From Lysobacterales bacterium (GTDB lineage Bacteria; Pseudomonadota; Gammaproteobacteria; Xanthomonadales; SZUA-38): a stretch of DNA of 64,000 nucleotides. The notes beneath the pieces are model-generated. The model did no database searches. It was not told the DNA's origin and saw only the letters and a list, made by a program, of their open reading frames with translations. Position numbers and translations under genes: made by a program. Shown in pieces: positions 19,477 through 29,676 of this stretch (its first letter is position 1; every line of letters starts with the position of its first letter). Where the stretch lies: NCBI GenBank assembly GCA_030065125.1, contig JASJDM010000016.1, positions 52,328-116,327 on the forward strand, written 5' to 3'.

Positions 19477-20311
19477 CCATATTGACCTGTCACTGCTGTC
19501 CCAGGAGGTCGGCACCGCACTTTCGGAAGACATCGGTGACGGTGACGTCACCGCCAGCCTCATTCCGGCCGACACCCCGGGCATGGCCCAGGTAATAACC
19601 CGGGAAACCTGTGTCTTCTGTGGCCGCCCCTGGGTCGACGAGGTGTTTGCCCAGGTCGATCGCTCCGTGCACCTCAACTGGCAGGTGGAAGACGGCCAGC
19701 GGATCGACGCCGGGACCCAGCTGTTCTCGGTAGAGGGGCCGGCAAGGTCACTGCTGACCGGCGAACGGACGGCCCTCAATTTCGCCCAGCTGCTGTCCGC
19801 CGTGGCGACCCGTGCGGCGCGCTATGCTGACGCCATCGCCCACACCCGCACTCGAATCCTGGACACCCGCAAGACCATTCCGGGGCTGCGCATGGCGCAA
19901 AAGTATGCGGTTTACTGCGGCGGTGCGGTCAACCACCGGATGGGCCTTTATGACGCCTACCTGATCAAGGAAAACCACATCGCTGCGGCCGGTTCCATCA
20001 CCGCCGCCGTGGCGGCAGCCCGGCATCTGGGTGACGGGCTGCTGGTGGAAGTCGAGGTGGAGTCACTGGATCAGCTGCGTGAAGCCGTTGCAGCTGAGGC
20101 CGATCGGGTCATGCTGGATAACTTCGACCTCGACCAGATGCGCCAGGCTGTATCGGAGGCCGGGGGAAAGGTCGAGCTGGAGGCTTCCGGCGGTATCGAG
20201 CTGGACAACATTGCCGCCGTGGCCGAAACCGGTGTGGACTTCATTTCCGTGGGTGCGCTGACCAAGCACGTCAGGGCGGTGGACCTTTCCATGCGATTCG
20301 TGGAGGCCTGA
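19466..20311 (+). CDS. nadC: Quinolinate phosphoribosyltransferase
   Basis: [60 protein letters not shown]. Confidence 0.96.
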   Translation: MTPDHIDLSLLSQEVGTALSEDIGDGDVTASLIPADTPGMAQVITRETCVFCGRPWVDEVFAQVDRSVHLNWQVEDGQRIDAGTQLFSVEGPARSLLTGERTALNFAQLLSAVATRAARYADAIAHTRTRILDTRKTIPGLRMAQKYAVYCGGAVNHRMGLYDAYLIKENHIAAAGSITAAVAAARHLGDGLLVEVEVESLDQLREAVAAEADRVMLDNFDLDQMRQAVSEAGGKVELEASGGIELDNIAAVAETGVDFISVGALTKHVRAVDLSMRFVEA

Positions 20312-20330
20312 GCAGGCGGGAGACACGGGC

Positions 20331-20597
20331 ATGTGCCGCAACATCAAGACGCTTTACAACTATGATCCGCCAGCCTCAACGGAAGAGATTGACGCCGCTG
20401 CCCTGCAGTTCGTCCGCAAGATATCCGGGTACCGCCAGCCGTCCCGTGTCAACCAGCAGGCATTTGACGCCGCGGTGAAGGCTGTCAGCCAGTCCGCTGC
20501 CACCCTGCTGGATCAACTGGTGACCAGCGCGCCACCGCGGGACCGGGAAGCCGACGCGGCCAGGGCGCGCAAGCGCTCGGCCCGCCGCTTTGGCTAG
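20331..20597 (+). CDS. DUF2277 family protein
   Basis: MCRNIKTLYNYDPPA..EEI.AAALQFVRKISG...PS..NQ.AF signature. Confidence 0.85.
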   Translation: MCRNIKTLYNYDPPASTEEIDAAALQFVRKISGYRQPSRVNQQAFDAAVKAVSQSAATLLDQLVTSAPPRDREADAARARKRSARRFG

Positions 20598-20624
20598 CCC
20601 ACGGATGGTTTGTTCAACATCCTG

Positions 20625-21491
20625 TTAGTGTTTTGACCGCCGCAGCGCCGGCAGACCCAGCAGCGCCGCTCCCAGCAGAAACCAGGCACCCGGCTCCAGC
20701 GAGATCCGGGCATCCGCTACCAGCTTGACTGCTACTGCCGCCCAGGCAGCCACGAACACCTCGAGCATGGACCAGTGCCGCAGGGCTGAAGTCCATCCGC
20801 CGCGGTCCCAGGCGGGTCGCAGGTCGGCTACCGCCAGGCAGGCCGGAATCAGCGCGACGAACACCAGCACGATCAACGGCAGCTGCCAGTGCCCCATGTG
20901 GGACATCTGCGCCATGGCTTCAATCACAGAAAAACGCTGATCCCACCATACCCACTTGTTGACTTCCATCAGCGGCAGGCCCAGCCCCAGGCCCAGGGCC
21001 ACGGCGTGCAGTATTGCCACCAGCTGGCCTGGATGCTTGTCCAGCTCCCGGTCCGGCTCAGCCATGACCGCAACACCCATGGACAGGACGACGGCCAGGA
21101 AAAACCAGTAGACGCCAGGGCCTGGCTGAGTGGCACCCAGGATCCCCAGCTGTACGCATCCAACGGTGGCGGCGACGATCAGAACGTCCAGCATGTTCCA
21201 CTTGGCCAGCCCCGCGGATATCAGCATCGACCGACCGACCTGTGGCCGGCCCACCCGTCGATACAGCAGCACCATTTTCAGCGGCGGCAGCACGAGGGAA
21301 AACAGGGCGATGGTCAATCCAAGCCACCAGTCCGCGCTCCCCAGCAGGTGCCAGGCCGCACCCAGGATGGACTGGTCCTGGTTGAATACCCAGAACGAAC
21401 GGATGCGGACCACCGGCAGCAGGATTCCCGCTGCCCAGGCCAGTGCTGCGGCCACCAGCAGCCTACGCAGGGCGCGGGGTCCCACCGGCAT
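20625..21491 (-). CDS. Paraquat-inducible protein A (PqiA)-like membrane protein with two repeats
   Basis: Two halves with QSILGAAWHL...KWNMLDVLIVA and FSVIEAMAQM...HWSMLEVFVAA motifs; no N-terminal Cys motifs visible. Confidence 0.7.
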   Translation of the reverse strand: MPVGPRALRRLLVAAALAWAAGILLPVVRIRSFWVFNQDQSILGAAWHLLGSADWWLGLTIALFSLVLPPLKMVLLYRRVGRPQVGRSMLISAGLAKWNMLDVLIVAATVGCVQLGILGATQPGPGVYWFFLAVVLSMGVAVMAEPDRELDKHPGQLVAILHAVALGLGLGLPLMEVNKWVWWDQRFSVIEAMAQMSHMGHWQLPLIVLVFVALIPACLAVADLRPAWDRGGWTSALRHWSMLEVFVAAWAAVAVKLVADARISLEPGAWFLLGAALLGLPALRRSKH

Positions 21492-21507
21492 GGACTGGTC
21501 GGCCGGG

Positions 21508-22491
21508 TCAGGCGCCGGTGGGCGGCGTATCCGTGGGGCCGGAGCTTCCGCCGGACACCCAGCTGCCGGCCTTGTCTTTAAGCTCCCGGAACTTGCTGCT
21601 GGTCTGTTCCAGCTTGGCTTCCCATTCCGGGTTGGGTTCCTGGCCCTCGATGGACTTGAAGTAGACCTGCATCAACGCCGTCATGGCGATGGGGTCGATG
21701 AGTGCGGCTTTGAGGCCAAAAGCAAATACCGCGGTGAGCGCAAAGGTCCAGAATCCCGCCAGCGCCGGGAACAGGGCGATCAGACCGGCCACCGGAGCCA
21801 ACACGATGATGAACACCAGCAGGGTGAGCAGCCAGATGAAGAACGTCAGGAACACGGCGTTTTTCAACAGCGTCTTGTAGTTCTGGGCATACAGCACCAG
21901 TGCCCGGCGGGCCGACTCCCAGGTGTTGTCGCCGCCCTGGCGCAGGTGGTACGCCAGGATGACTTCGTCCACGTAGGTGAGCGACATGTTGATGACGGAA
22001 TTAGCGGTTTTCACCAGCCCCTGGAGTCCGGGAATGGGCAGGAAATTGGCCACGGTCAGCATCACCCGGTTGAAGGCCTTGAGTATCCCCTTGATCAGCT
22101 GGTCTACGGCGAACAACGCTGACGATTCACCGAAGTGCTGTTTCACCACGTCCTGGGCAAAGGCGACCTGGCCTTTGCCGTCGGGCAGCTGCTCCCCGTC
22201 CATCAGCTTGACCAGAACGGCGATGTGACCCGCCTTGACCATGTACAGCAGGTATTCGCGGGCGAAGTAGATGCCGGCGCTGACCAGGCCGAATCCCAGC
22301 AGGCCGCCGTAGGCCGCGCCGGTGGCGGGGTCTCCACCCACCTTGCCCGCAACCCAGCCGATGCCTGCGCCACCGCCGGTTACTACGATGTAGACGATGG
22401 TGATGCCCACATAGATCATCAGGCGAAAAACCACAAAAGGCATGGACCGGGAGATCAACCCCACGACCTCGGTCATCTTGAAATCCCACAT
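21508..22491 (-). CDS. Conserved hypothetical membrane protein
   Basis: 327-aa ORF, several TM segments, Gly-rich GGGAGIGW stretch, host-like codon usage; no function recognised. Confidence 0.75.
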   Translation of the reverse strand: MWDFKMTEVVGLISRSMPFVVFRLMIYVGITIVYIVVTGGGAGIGWVAGKVGGDPATGAAYGGLLGFGLVSAGIYFAREYLLYMVKAGHIAVLVKLMDGEQLPDGKGQVAFAQDVVKQHFGESSALFAVDQLIKGILKAFNRVMLTVANFLPIPGLQGLVKTANSVINMSLTYVDEVILAYHLRQGGDNTWESARRALVLYAQNYKTLLKNAVFLTFFIWLLTLLVFIIVLAPVAGLIALFPALAGFWTFALTAVFAFGLKAALIDPIAMTALMQVYFKSIEGQEPNPEWEAKLEQTSSKFRELKDKAGSWVSGGSSGPTDTPPTGA

Positions 22492-22557
22492 AAAAGCTTC
22501 CTCCGATTACCTCTTCATCATAGGCGGGCGCCGACAGCTGGCAAGCGCGCGGGCTCG

Positions 22558-22896
22558 TCAATCCAGGCTGTCGTCCGCCTGCCACACGGTCACCTGCTCC
22601 AGGGTGACCAGGCCCGAGCCCAGCAGCGGCTCATGCTCCTGCATAAACGAACGGATCCGAAATTCCTGGTCCACGATTTCCACCACCACCGGCAGGTCTT
22701 CCGCCAGGCGCAGGATCTTGGCGGTATGGATCTCACCCCGCTCTCCGTATCCCAGGGGTCCTCTCAGCACAGTGGCCCCGGCCAGACCGTGCTGCCTGGC
22801 CTGGATCACCAGTTCCTGGTAACGGGGCCTGCCCTGGAACTTATCGGTCTCGTCGAGGAAAACCCGCAGCAGCATCGCCTGCCTCTCAGTCGCCAT
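22558..22896 (-). CDS. DUF190 family (PII-like) protein
   Basis: LLRVFLDETDK..G.P.Y..LV..AR..GLAGATVLRG..GYG...IHTAKILRLAEDLPVVVEIVD; adjacent to fluC, a common pairing. Confidence 0.88.
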   Translation of the reverse strand: MATERQAMLLRVFLDETDKFQGRPRYQELVIQARQHGLAGATVLRGPLGYGERGEIHTAKILRLAEDLPVVVEIVDQEFRIRSFMQEHEPLLGSGLVTLEQVTVWQADDSLD

Positions 22897-22919
22897 TGCC
22901 AACACCTGCCATTGCTGTC

Positions 22920-23306
22920 TTAACGGTTCAGGGCCATGCCGAGGGCATGGCCGGCCCAAACGCCCACCAGGCAGAACACCACGGAGCCCACCACGTAGGC
23001 GCCGCTGTAAAGCCACTCGCCGTCCTGCACCAGGTTGAGGGTCTGCAGGCTGAAGCTGGAGAAGGTGGTGAACCCCCCGAACACACCAACCATCAGGAAC
23101 TGGCGCGCTTCAACGCTCAACAGCCAGCGCCCTTCGGGCGCGCTGAGGGTCGCCACCAGCCCGATAGCCAGGGATCCCAGCACGTTGACCAGCAGCGTGC
23201 CCCAGGGGAAAGTCTCACCGGCCAGGCGCGCCACCAGACCGGAGCAGCCGTACCTGGCCACTCCGCCCAGCGCGCTTCCTATCGCCACCCACAAGACCGT
23301 GGTCAT
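22920..23306 (-). CDS. fluC: Fluoride efflux channel Fluc/CrcB
   Basis: VAIGSALGGVARY, FPWGTLLVNVLGS, GVFGGFTTFSSF signature. Confidence 0.95.
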   Translation of the reverse strand: MTTVLWVAIGSALGGVARYGCSGLVARLAGETFPWGTLLVNVLGSLAIGLVATLSAPEGRWLLSVEARQFLMVGVFGGFTTFSSFSLQTLNLVQDGEWLYSGAYVVGSVVFCLVGVWAGHALGMALNR

Positions 23307-23379
23307 GCCTGCTCCATCCACCCACACGGGACCGCAATATACACTAGCGGCAATAACCAGGCTCCCGGAGGACCGCGCC

Positions 23380-23862
23380 ATGAACCAGACCTGCCCTTTT
23401 CTGATCCGGGCCGAACAGATCGAAGCCTCGGACGATTCAGCGTCCCATCCCTGGAACCCGAACTCTGCCATGCGTGGCATGCACCTGAGCAAACAGACCG
23501 GGCTCACCGATACCGGCATCAGCTGGGTTGAGGTTCCGCCAGGAAAGGAATCCTGCGTCTATCACCTGCACTACCGGGAAGACGAGTGGATCTACATCCT
23601 GTCAGGGTCCGGCACCGCCGAAATCAACGACCGGGAGTACGCCGTTGGCCCGGGGGATTTCATGGGCTTTCCAGCGGGCAAGGCCGCGCACCATCTGCGC
23701 AACACCGGCTCCGAGCCCCTGCGCTACCTGATGGGCGGCAGCAGCAAGCGATTCGAGCTGGCGGATTTTCCGCGACTGGGCCGCAGGGTGATTCGCCAGG
23801 ACGGCGAAATCGGGGTGGTGAAGCTGAGTGATATCTCGGACTTTGAAGCGGACAGCCCCTAG
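23380..23862 (+). CDS. Cupin domain protein
   Basis: GGAGGA RBS then ATG at 23380; HLHYREDEWIYILSG...GPGDFMGFPAG..AHHLRN cupin motifs. Confidence 0.85.
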   Translation: MNQTCPFLIRAEQIEASDDSASHPWNPNSAMRGMHLSKQTGLTDTGISWVEVPPGKESCVYHLHYREDEWIYILSGSGTAEINDREYAVGPGDFMGFPAGKAAHHLRNTGSEPLRYLMGGSSKRFELADFPRLGRRVIRQDGEIGVVKLSDISDFEADSP

Positions 23863-23871
23863 CGGACGTGC

Positions 23872-24150
23872 TTATCTCGGCAGTCCGAAGCGGCCGAACC
23901 AGAATGCAGCCAGCACCACGCTGAAACTGAGAAAACCCGCGGTAGCACCAACCACCGTAGGCCAGATGCGCGCATCAGCCGGCTCCAGCTGGGCAGCCGC
24001 CAGGGCGGACAAAGCCCAGGCCGTTGCCGCCACCGCGAGTGCCAGCCAGTCTCTGTTCCGGCTTCCCCGCCGGCGCGGAAAGGTCCAGAAGATCCAGGCA
24101 ATGGTCAGGTTTACCGGCAGGAGAACCCCCTGCGCACCCCACACCTCCAT
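23872..24150 (-). CDS. Small hypothetical membrane protein
   Basis: 92-aa ORF with three hydrophobic segments, starting 12 bp downstream of the trpS stop. Confidence 0.6.
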   Translation of the reverse strand: MEVWGAQGVLLPVNLTIAWIFWTFPRRRGSRNRDWLALAVAATAWALSALAAAQLEPADARIWPTVVGATAGFLSFSVVLAAFWFGRFGLPR

Positions 24151-24162
24151 CGATTGGACCTG

Positions 24163-25170
24163 TCAGCCCAGCTTGCGTATGCCCACGGCGGCGCGCACCT
24201 TTTCCATCAGCGGGATGGCTTTTTCCCGGGCCTTGCGGGCACCCTCCAGGAGCACGGCTTCGATTTCGCCAGGTGAGGCAATCAGCTGGTTGTAGCGCTC
24301 GCGCCCGGGCGCCAATTCGTCATTGATGCGCTCGAACACGATCTTCTTGGCTTCCCCCCAGGCCAGCCCGTCGGCCAGCTGCTGCTTCATCTGCTCCCGC
24401 TCCGCCTGGCCGACGAAGGCGGCATAGATGGGATACAGGGCTGACTCATCGACGCTCTTGGGTTCTCCCGGTTCCTTGGAATTTGTGACGATGCGCATGA
24501 CCGACTTGCGCAGCTTCTTGGCGCCCTGCCAAAGCGGAATGGCGTTGTCGTAGCTCTTGCTCATCTTGCGGCCGTCAAGCCCCGGAAGCACCGCTGCCGT
24601 TTCGTCGATCACGGCCTCGGGCAGCACAAAACATTCGCCGTAGCGGTGATTGAATCGCTGGGCAATGTCCCGGGCCATCTCCAGGTGCTGCCCCTGGTCT
24701 TTCCCTACCGGCACCTTGTGGGCGTTGAACATCAGGATGTCCGCCGCCATCAGTACGGGATAGTTGAACAGGCCCATGGTCACCTCGTAATCCGGATCCT
24801 GGCCCGCCGCCACGTTGTCCTGGACGGCCGCCTTGTAAGCGTGGGCCCGGTTCATCAGGCCCTTGGCGCAGGAACAGCCGAGTATCCACGTCAGTTCGGG
24901 GATTTCCGGAATGTCGGACTGCCGGTAGAACGCCGCGTTGTCCGTATCCAGGCCCAGGGCCAGCCAGGTGGCGGCAATTTCCAGGGTCGACTGGTTCACC
25001 CGCTCGGGATCCTCACACTTGATCAGCGCGTGATAGTCCGCCAGGAAATAGAACGACTCCGTATCGGTGAGCCGGCTGGCTTCGATGCTGGGCTTGATGG
25101 CCCCCACGTAGTTGCCCAGGTGGGGCGTACCCGTGGTGGTGATACCTGTCAGTACCGTGGTTTTGGACAT
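24163..25170 (-). CDS. trpS: Tryptophan--tRNA ligase
   Basis: [14 protein letters not shown] (HIGH-like), [35 protein letters not shown]. Confidence 0.96.
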   Translation of the reverse strand: MSKTTVLTGITTTGTPHLGNYVGAIKPSIEASRLTDTESFYFLADYHALIKCEDPERVNQSTLEIAATWLALGLDTDNAAFYRQSDIPEIPELTWILGCSCAKGLMNRAHAYKAAVQDNVAAGQDPDYEVTMGLFNYPVLMAADILMFNAHKVPVGKDQGQHLEMARDIAQRFNHRYGECFVLPEAVIDETAAVLPGLDGRKMSKSYDNAIPLWQGAKKLRKSVMRIVTNSKEPGEPKSVDESALYPIYAAFVGQAEREQMKQQLADGLAWGEAKKIVFERINDELAPGRERYNQLIASPGEIEAVLLEGARKAREKAIPLMEKVRAAVGIRKLG

Positions 25171-25212
25171 GTCAGACCTTTCAGAAAAACAGCGGCGAAT
25201 TGTATCCCAAAC

Positions 25213-27099
25213 TCAGCGCCGGCCGGAGTCATCATTGCTGTCGGAAATCCCGCCGCCCGGCCGCAGCTGCTGCCCCAGGAACCGGGCCAGGGTCCGGTAG
25301 TAGTTTTCTTTCACCATGGGCGAAACCAGGTCGTGCCCCTGGCCGTGCAGGGGCAGCCAGGTGACGTCTGCCTCGCCGCCGGCCAGCGCCTGGGCCAGGT
25401 CCCTGGACTGCTCGAATGCGACCACCGCATCCCGGGTACCATGGGCCAGCAGAACGCCCCCCCGAATCTCGTCCGCGCGATGCAGCGGCGACACCTGCTC
25501 CAGATCCTGGGTCCGAGGGTCTCCCACCATGTCCACCCATTCGTAGTAACCGCGCAGGTCACCACGGCGCCGGATGGAGCGGATCTGTGCCGGCAGGTCG
25601 GTGACCGGAGATCGGGCCACCGCACAGCGCACCGGGACATCGGACCCGACCATCATCATCAGGGCGGCATAGCCGCCATAGCTGGAGCCCACGGCGCATA
25701 CCGGCCCGGCCAGGCCCTGCTCCAGGGCCCAGTCCACGGCGTCTTCCAGATCGTTCTGCATGGCGCGGCCCCACTGGCGGCGGCCAGCCTGCAGCCAGGA
25801 CACACCCAGGCCGTAGCTGCCTCGGTAGTTGACCTGCAGGACATGGAAACCGAGCCCGGCCAGGAACTGGGTCTCGGCGTCCCAGCCCCACAGGTCACGT
25901 GACCAGGGACCACCGTGGATTTTCAGCACCAGTGGGCCTGCATCCGGGCCGGACCGGGTGAGATAGCCGGTAACCGTGTGTCCGTCACGGGCCTGGAACT
26001 TGATAGGCTCCATGGAGAACCCGGAGGACACCCCGGGAGAAGAGGGCAGAACGACGGATGGCTGGCCATCAGGTATGACGTGATAATCACCGGGGCTGCG
26101 ATCCGAACTGCTGAACCACAGCTGGGTTCCTCCGGCGGAACCCAGATAGGCCAGGCGCCGGGAGCCACCATGCCGATTCAGGCCGGGTGGCATGCCATTC
26201 CAGCCCGGCTGCAGGCCCTGGCGGCCCGGCAGCGACGCCGATTCGTACGCCACCCAGGCTGGAAGACCCGAATCCGGGTCATGGCCCAGAGCCGAAACTG
26301 CGCCGGCATCAAGGTCAACCTTCCATTGGGGGTCCCTTTTCAGGGTGGCCAGGTCGAGCCGACTCAGTTGACGCCGCAGCGGGGCAGTCTCGGCGGCGAG
26401 GTAGAGATACTGCGCGTCCCGAGAAAACCCTACCGGCCGGATGACTGGCTGGTCCAGCCGGTGGCTCCCACGGATCTGCCAGCGCTGCCCGTCGGGCTGG
26501 GGCACCAGGATGTGGTAGTTCAGAGCCCTGTTCTCCCAGCTCCAGCCACGGCCGGCCTGGACCCGCCCCCTCGGGTCTACCCACCACTGGAATACCTGGC
26601 CCGGATTCGCCTGTTCGATATCCAGGGAACCGTCGCTGAGATCAATCCGGTAAACGTCAGGCTCCCAGGGCCTGCGGCGATCCAGGCTCATCAGGGCGCC
26701 CTGGGGCCGGATCAGGGCCAGCAGCCGCGGGCCGCGGCCACCGGATTGTCCGGCATCGTGGCTGAATACCTGGCGCGCCTTCCCGGTATCGGCCTCCACG
26801 GTCCACCAGCGGATCATCGTCCGATCCTGCTCGATGGCCAGCAGCGCGTTGTCCGACAGCCACGCAATTTCAGGAATCTGTCCCGTGGCGGACCACAGCA
26901 GGGTTTCCTCCTGCCTGGGGTCCTGCTGCCCCAGGGAAGCAACCCGCAGGGTGGCGCCGCTGCTGCCGTTAACGACCAGGGCGATGCGCCCACCCCCGGG
27001 GTCCAGCACAGCGCTCTCCAGGCGTTCGGCCATAATCTGGTCCAGCGGCGTGGCCGGCGCCGCCAGCAGGGCCAGGGTTTTCAGCAGGGCGGAAATCAC
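25213..27099 (-). CDS. S9 family (prolyl oligopeptidase-like) secreted peptidase
   Basis: Signal peptide, N-terminal propeller, IHGGPW, VNYRGS.G.G, nucleophile GSSYGGY, HGTRD and HDL triad positions. Confidence 0.88.
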   Translation of the reverse strand: MISALLKTLALLAAPATPLDQIMAERLESAVLDPGGGRIALVVNGSSGATLRVASLGQQDPRQEETLLWSATGQIPEIAWLSDNALLAIEQDRTMIRWWTVEADTGKARQVFSHDAGQSGGRGPRLLALIRPQGALMSLDRRRPWEPDVYRIDLSDGSLDIEQANPGQVFQWWVDPRGRVQAGRGWSWENRALNYHILVPQPDGQRWQIRGSHRLDQPVIRPVGFSRDAQYLYLAAETAPLRRQLSRLDLATLKRDPQWKVDLDAGAVSALGHDPDSGLPAWVAYESASLPGRQGLQPGWNGMPPGLNRHGGSRRLAYLGSAGGTQLWFSSSDRSPGDYHVIPDGQPSVVLPSSPGVSSGFSMEPIKFQARDGHTVTGYLTRSGPDAGPLVLKIHGGPWSRDLWGWDAETQFLAGLGFHVLQVNYRGSYGLGVSWLQAGRRQWGRAMQNDLEDAVDWALEQGLAGPVCAVGSSYGGYAALMMMVGSDVPVRCAVARSPVTDLPAQIRSIRRRGDLRGYYEWVDMVGDPRTQDLEQVSPLHRADEIRGGVLLAHGTRDAVVAFEQSRDLAQALAGGEADVTWLPLHGQGHDLVSPMVKENYYRTLARFLGQQLRPGGGISDSNDDSGRR

Positions 27100-27169
27100 G
27101 GCCGGCGATTATGTCGTGAAGCCCCTGGAAAAGCGAGGCGGGGAGTTGCAGCTTGTTTTATCAGAACAG

Positions 27170-27202
27170 ATTGATATGATCATTTTAATAGTTTTTCTCA
27201 AT
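27170..27202. promoter_or_regulatory. Putative OxyR/LysR binding site in the divergent promoter
   Basis: ATTG-N7-CATT then ATAG-N7-CAAT in an AT-rich patch just upstream of oxyR; resembles OxyR ATAG-N7-CTAT half-sites, but the spacing between them is non-canonical. Confidence 0.35.
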
Positions 27203-27211
27203 ACTTCCCTG

Positions 27212-28114
27212 ATGAATATCCGCGAACTGCAATACCTGGTCACCCTGGCCGACGTGAAACACTTCGGCCGTGCCGCCGAGGCCTGTTTCGTCAGCCAACC
27301 CACCCTGTCCACCCAGATCAAGAAGCTGGAAGAAGAACTGGGGGTGCAACTGGTGGAACGTGCCCCGCGCAAAGTGATGTTGACCGACATCGGCGCCGAA
27401 ATCGTGGACCGCGCGCGGCTGGTGCTGCGCGACGTGGACCAGATCAAGGAAGTCGCACGCCAGACCCGGGACCCGGAGGCCGGCACCCTCCGGCTGGGCA
27501 TTTTCCCAACCCTGGGTCCCTACCTGCTGCCCCACGTTGTGCCCGGAATCAACCAGCGCTATCCCAGGCTGGAACTGCTGCTGTTCGAGGAGAAAACCGA
27601 GGACCTGATCCGCATGCTGCGGGAGGGCCGACTGGACGCCGCCATCCTCGCCCTGCCGCTGGAGGACGAAGGTCTGCACGTGGAACCGCTGTTCGAGGAG
27701 CCTTTTGTGCTGGCCGTTCCCCAGAGCCACCAGCTGGACAAGGCGCGGCACCTGGAAATCGACGACCTGAGAGATCACACGGTGCTGCTGCTGGAAGACG
27801 GCCATTGTCTGCGGGACCAGGCGCTGGAGGTATGCCAGATGGCCAGCGCCAACGAGAGGGCGGGATTCCGGGCGACCAGCCTGGAAACCCTGCGGCAAAT
27901 GGTAGCCGCCAGCGTTGGCATCACCCTGCTGCCGGTGCTGGCGGTAAAACCACCGGTGGCCATGCCGGCCAGTATTCACCTCAAGGCATTTGACCAGCCC
28001 ATGCCAAAGCGTGCCCTTGGCATGGTGTGGCGCCGCAGCTCGGCGGTAGGCAAATTCCTGCAGGAGTTCGCTGCTCCGTTCAAGGATCTCCCGGAGTCTC
28101 TGCTAAGCCCTTAG
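27212..28114 (+). CDS. oxyR: Hydrogen peroxide-sensing LysR regulator OxyR
   Basis: MNIRELQYLV...HFGRAAEACFVSQPTLSTQI; redox Cys pair LEDGHCLRDQALEVC; RATSLETLRQMVA. Confidence 0.9.
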   Translation: MNIRELQYLVTLADVKHFGRAAEACFVSQPTLSTQIKKLEEELGVQLVERAPRKVMLTDIGAEIVDRARLVLRDVDQIKEVARQTRDPEAGTLRLGIFPTLGPYLLPHVVPGINQRYPRLELLLFEEKTEDLIRMLREGRLDAAILALPLEDEGLHVEPLFEEPFVLAVPQSHQLDKARHLEIDDLRDHTVLLLEDGHCLRDQALEVCQMASANERAGFRATSLETLRQMVAASVGITLLPVLAVKPPVAMPASIHLKAFDQPMPKRALGMVWRRSSAVGKFLQEFAAPFKDLPESLLSP

Positions 28115-28132
28115 AACCCGAGGCCTGGGCGG

Positions 28133-29614
28133 TCAGTCAGCATTCACCGTGCGCGGCCGGGCCCAGTCGCGCAGGTAGGCGATACGCTCGGCCATGACCA
28201 CCGACAGTGGACGGGTGGACCGGAGAGACTCCACCAGGTCCTCGGTGGACAGTGATTCGCCGTCGGCCATGGCTGAGTACAAACCCGCCACCACGGCCTG
28301 CTCGATCTCCGCCCCCGAGAAACCGTCGGAGTGCAGGGTCAGCTGTTCCAGGTCGAATTCGGCCGGGTCCTGTTTCCGTTTTTGCAGGTGAATCTCGAAT
28401 ATCTTCGAACGCACCTGGGGCTTTGGCAGGTCAACAAAAAAGATCTCGTCAAACCGCCCCTTGCGCACCAGTTCCGGGGGCAATGACTCAATATCATTGG
28501 CCGTAGCTACCAGGAACACCTTGCTGTTGCGTTCGGCCATCCAGGTCAACAGGGTGCCCAGCACCCGCTTTGAGGTGCCGGAATCAGAATCGCTCACGGA
28601 AAGGCCTTTCTCGATTTCGTCCACCCAGAGCACGCAGGGCTCCATCACCTCAGCGCTGTTGAGGGACTGGCGCAGGTTTTTTTCCGTCTCACCGTGATAC
28701 TTGTTGTAGATGGCGCCGAAATCCAGTCGCAGCAGCGGCACACCAAAGCCCGAGGCCACGGCCTTGGCCGCCATGGACTTGCCGCAGCCCTGTACGCCCA
28801 GCAAAAGCACCCCCTTGGGCGGATCCAGGCCATAGGGATTGTCGTCGCTGAGAAATACCGGGCGCCGGTCGCTGATCCACTTCTTCATGGTCACCAGTCC
28901 GGCGATGTCGTCAAAACCCACCAGTTCATATTCGTAGCTCAGGACACCACCACGATTCAGCAGGCCAAATTTTTCCTCCATCACCCGGCGCACGTCCTGG
29001 GAGGTGATGGCGCCGTCGTTGAAAATGGCGCTGCGTGCGAGTTGCCTGGCATCCTGCAGGGTCAGGCCCCGAAGGTTCTGGATCAGCAGTCCCAGGGCCT
29101 TGCGGCTGATCTTGACCCGCTGGCCGGCGTTGCGCCGAGACCAGTCAAAGGCCTCCTCGCGCACCATCTGGTCCAGGGCTTCGCTGCTGGGCAGATGCAG
29201 TTCCATCAGTGCCGCATGCCCTTTGAGTTCGTCCGGCAGGTCGAGGGTCGGGCTGATCAACACAACGGTATGCTCGACCCCGAAGTGACCCAGACTGATT
29301 TCCCGCAGCTTGCGGGTGGTCTGGGGGTCTTTCAGGTAGGGGTGGAAGTCCAGCAGCAGGTATATGGAGGGCTCCGCGTTACCGGCAACCTGCCGCAGGA
29401 TGTCTTTGGGGTCAGCCGGCGCGGCACCGAATTCGGCCACGTCGATATCCAGACGCTTCAGACCGCTGGTGATGCTCCACTGGTACAGCGGCCGCAGCGC
29501 CTGGGAGAGAGCGTGGCGAAACAGCTCGATGGCCCGCAGTTCTTCTTCAGTTTCGATGACGATCAGGGGAGTCCCCGATTTGATCAACAGCGCCAGATCC
29601 TGTTCCTGACCCAC
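28133..29614 (-). CDS. Ycf46-like AAA+ ATPase
   Basis: N-terminal PLIVIETEEE.R domain; Walker A GVQGCGKS, Walker B VLWVDEIEK, SRH ATANDIESLPPELVRKGRFDEIFFVDLP. Confidence 0.85.
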   Translation of the reverse strand: MGQEQDLALLIKSGTPLIVIETEEELRAIELFRHALSQALRPLYQWSITSGLKRLDIDVAEFGAAPADPKDILRQVAGNAEPSIYLLLDFHPYLKDPQTTRKLREISLGHFGVEHTVVLISPTLDLPDELKGHAALMELHLPSSEALDQMVREEAFDWSRRNAGQRVKISRKALGLLIQNLRGLTLQDARQLARSAIFNDGAITSQDVRRVMEEKFGLLNRGGVLSYEYELVGFDDIAGLVTMKKWISDRRPVFLSDDNPYGLDPPKGVLLLGVQGCGKSMAAKAVASGFGVPLLRLDFGAIYNKYHGETEKNLRQSLNSAEVMEPCVLWVDEIEKGLSVSDSDSGTSKRVLGTLLTWMAERNSKVFLVATANDIESLPPELVRKGRFDEIFFVDLPKPQVRSKIFEIHLQKRKQDPAEFDLEQLTLHSDGFSGAEIEQAVVAGLYSAMADGESLSTEDLVESLRSTRPLSVVMAERIAYLRDWARPRTVNAD

Positions 29615-29676
29615 TCAGCTCCTGCCTTGTTGTGCAAAACCCAGACAGATTTTGACAGGAAGATCGCCGGTGTCTA

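Noticed and set aside
23307-23379. Fluoride riboswitch upstream of fluC
   Set aside because: The 73-bp divergent spacer lacks the GGxGATGG..TCxCC and GxTGATGACxxCT signature elements.
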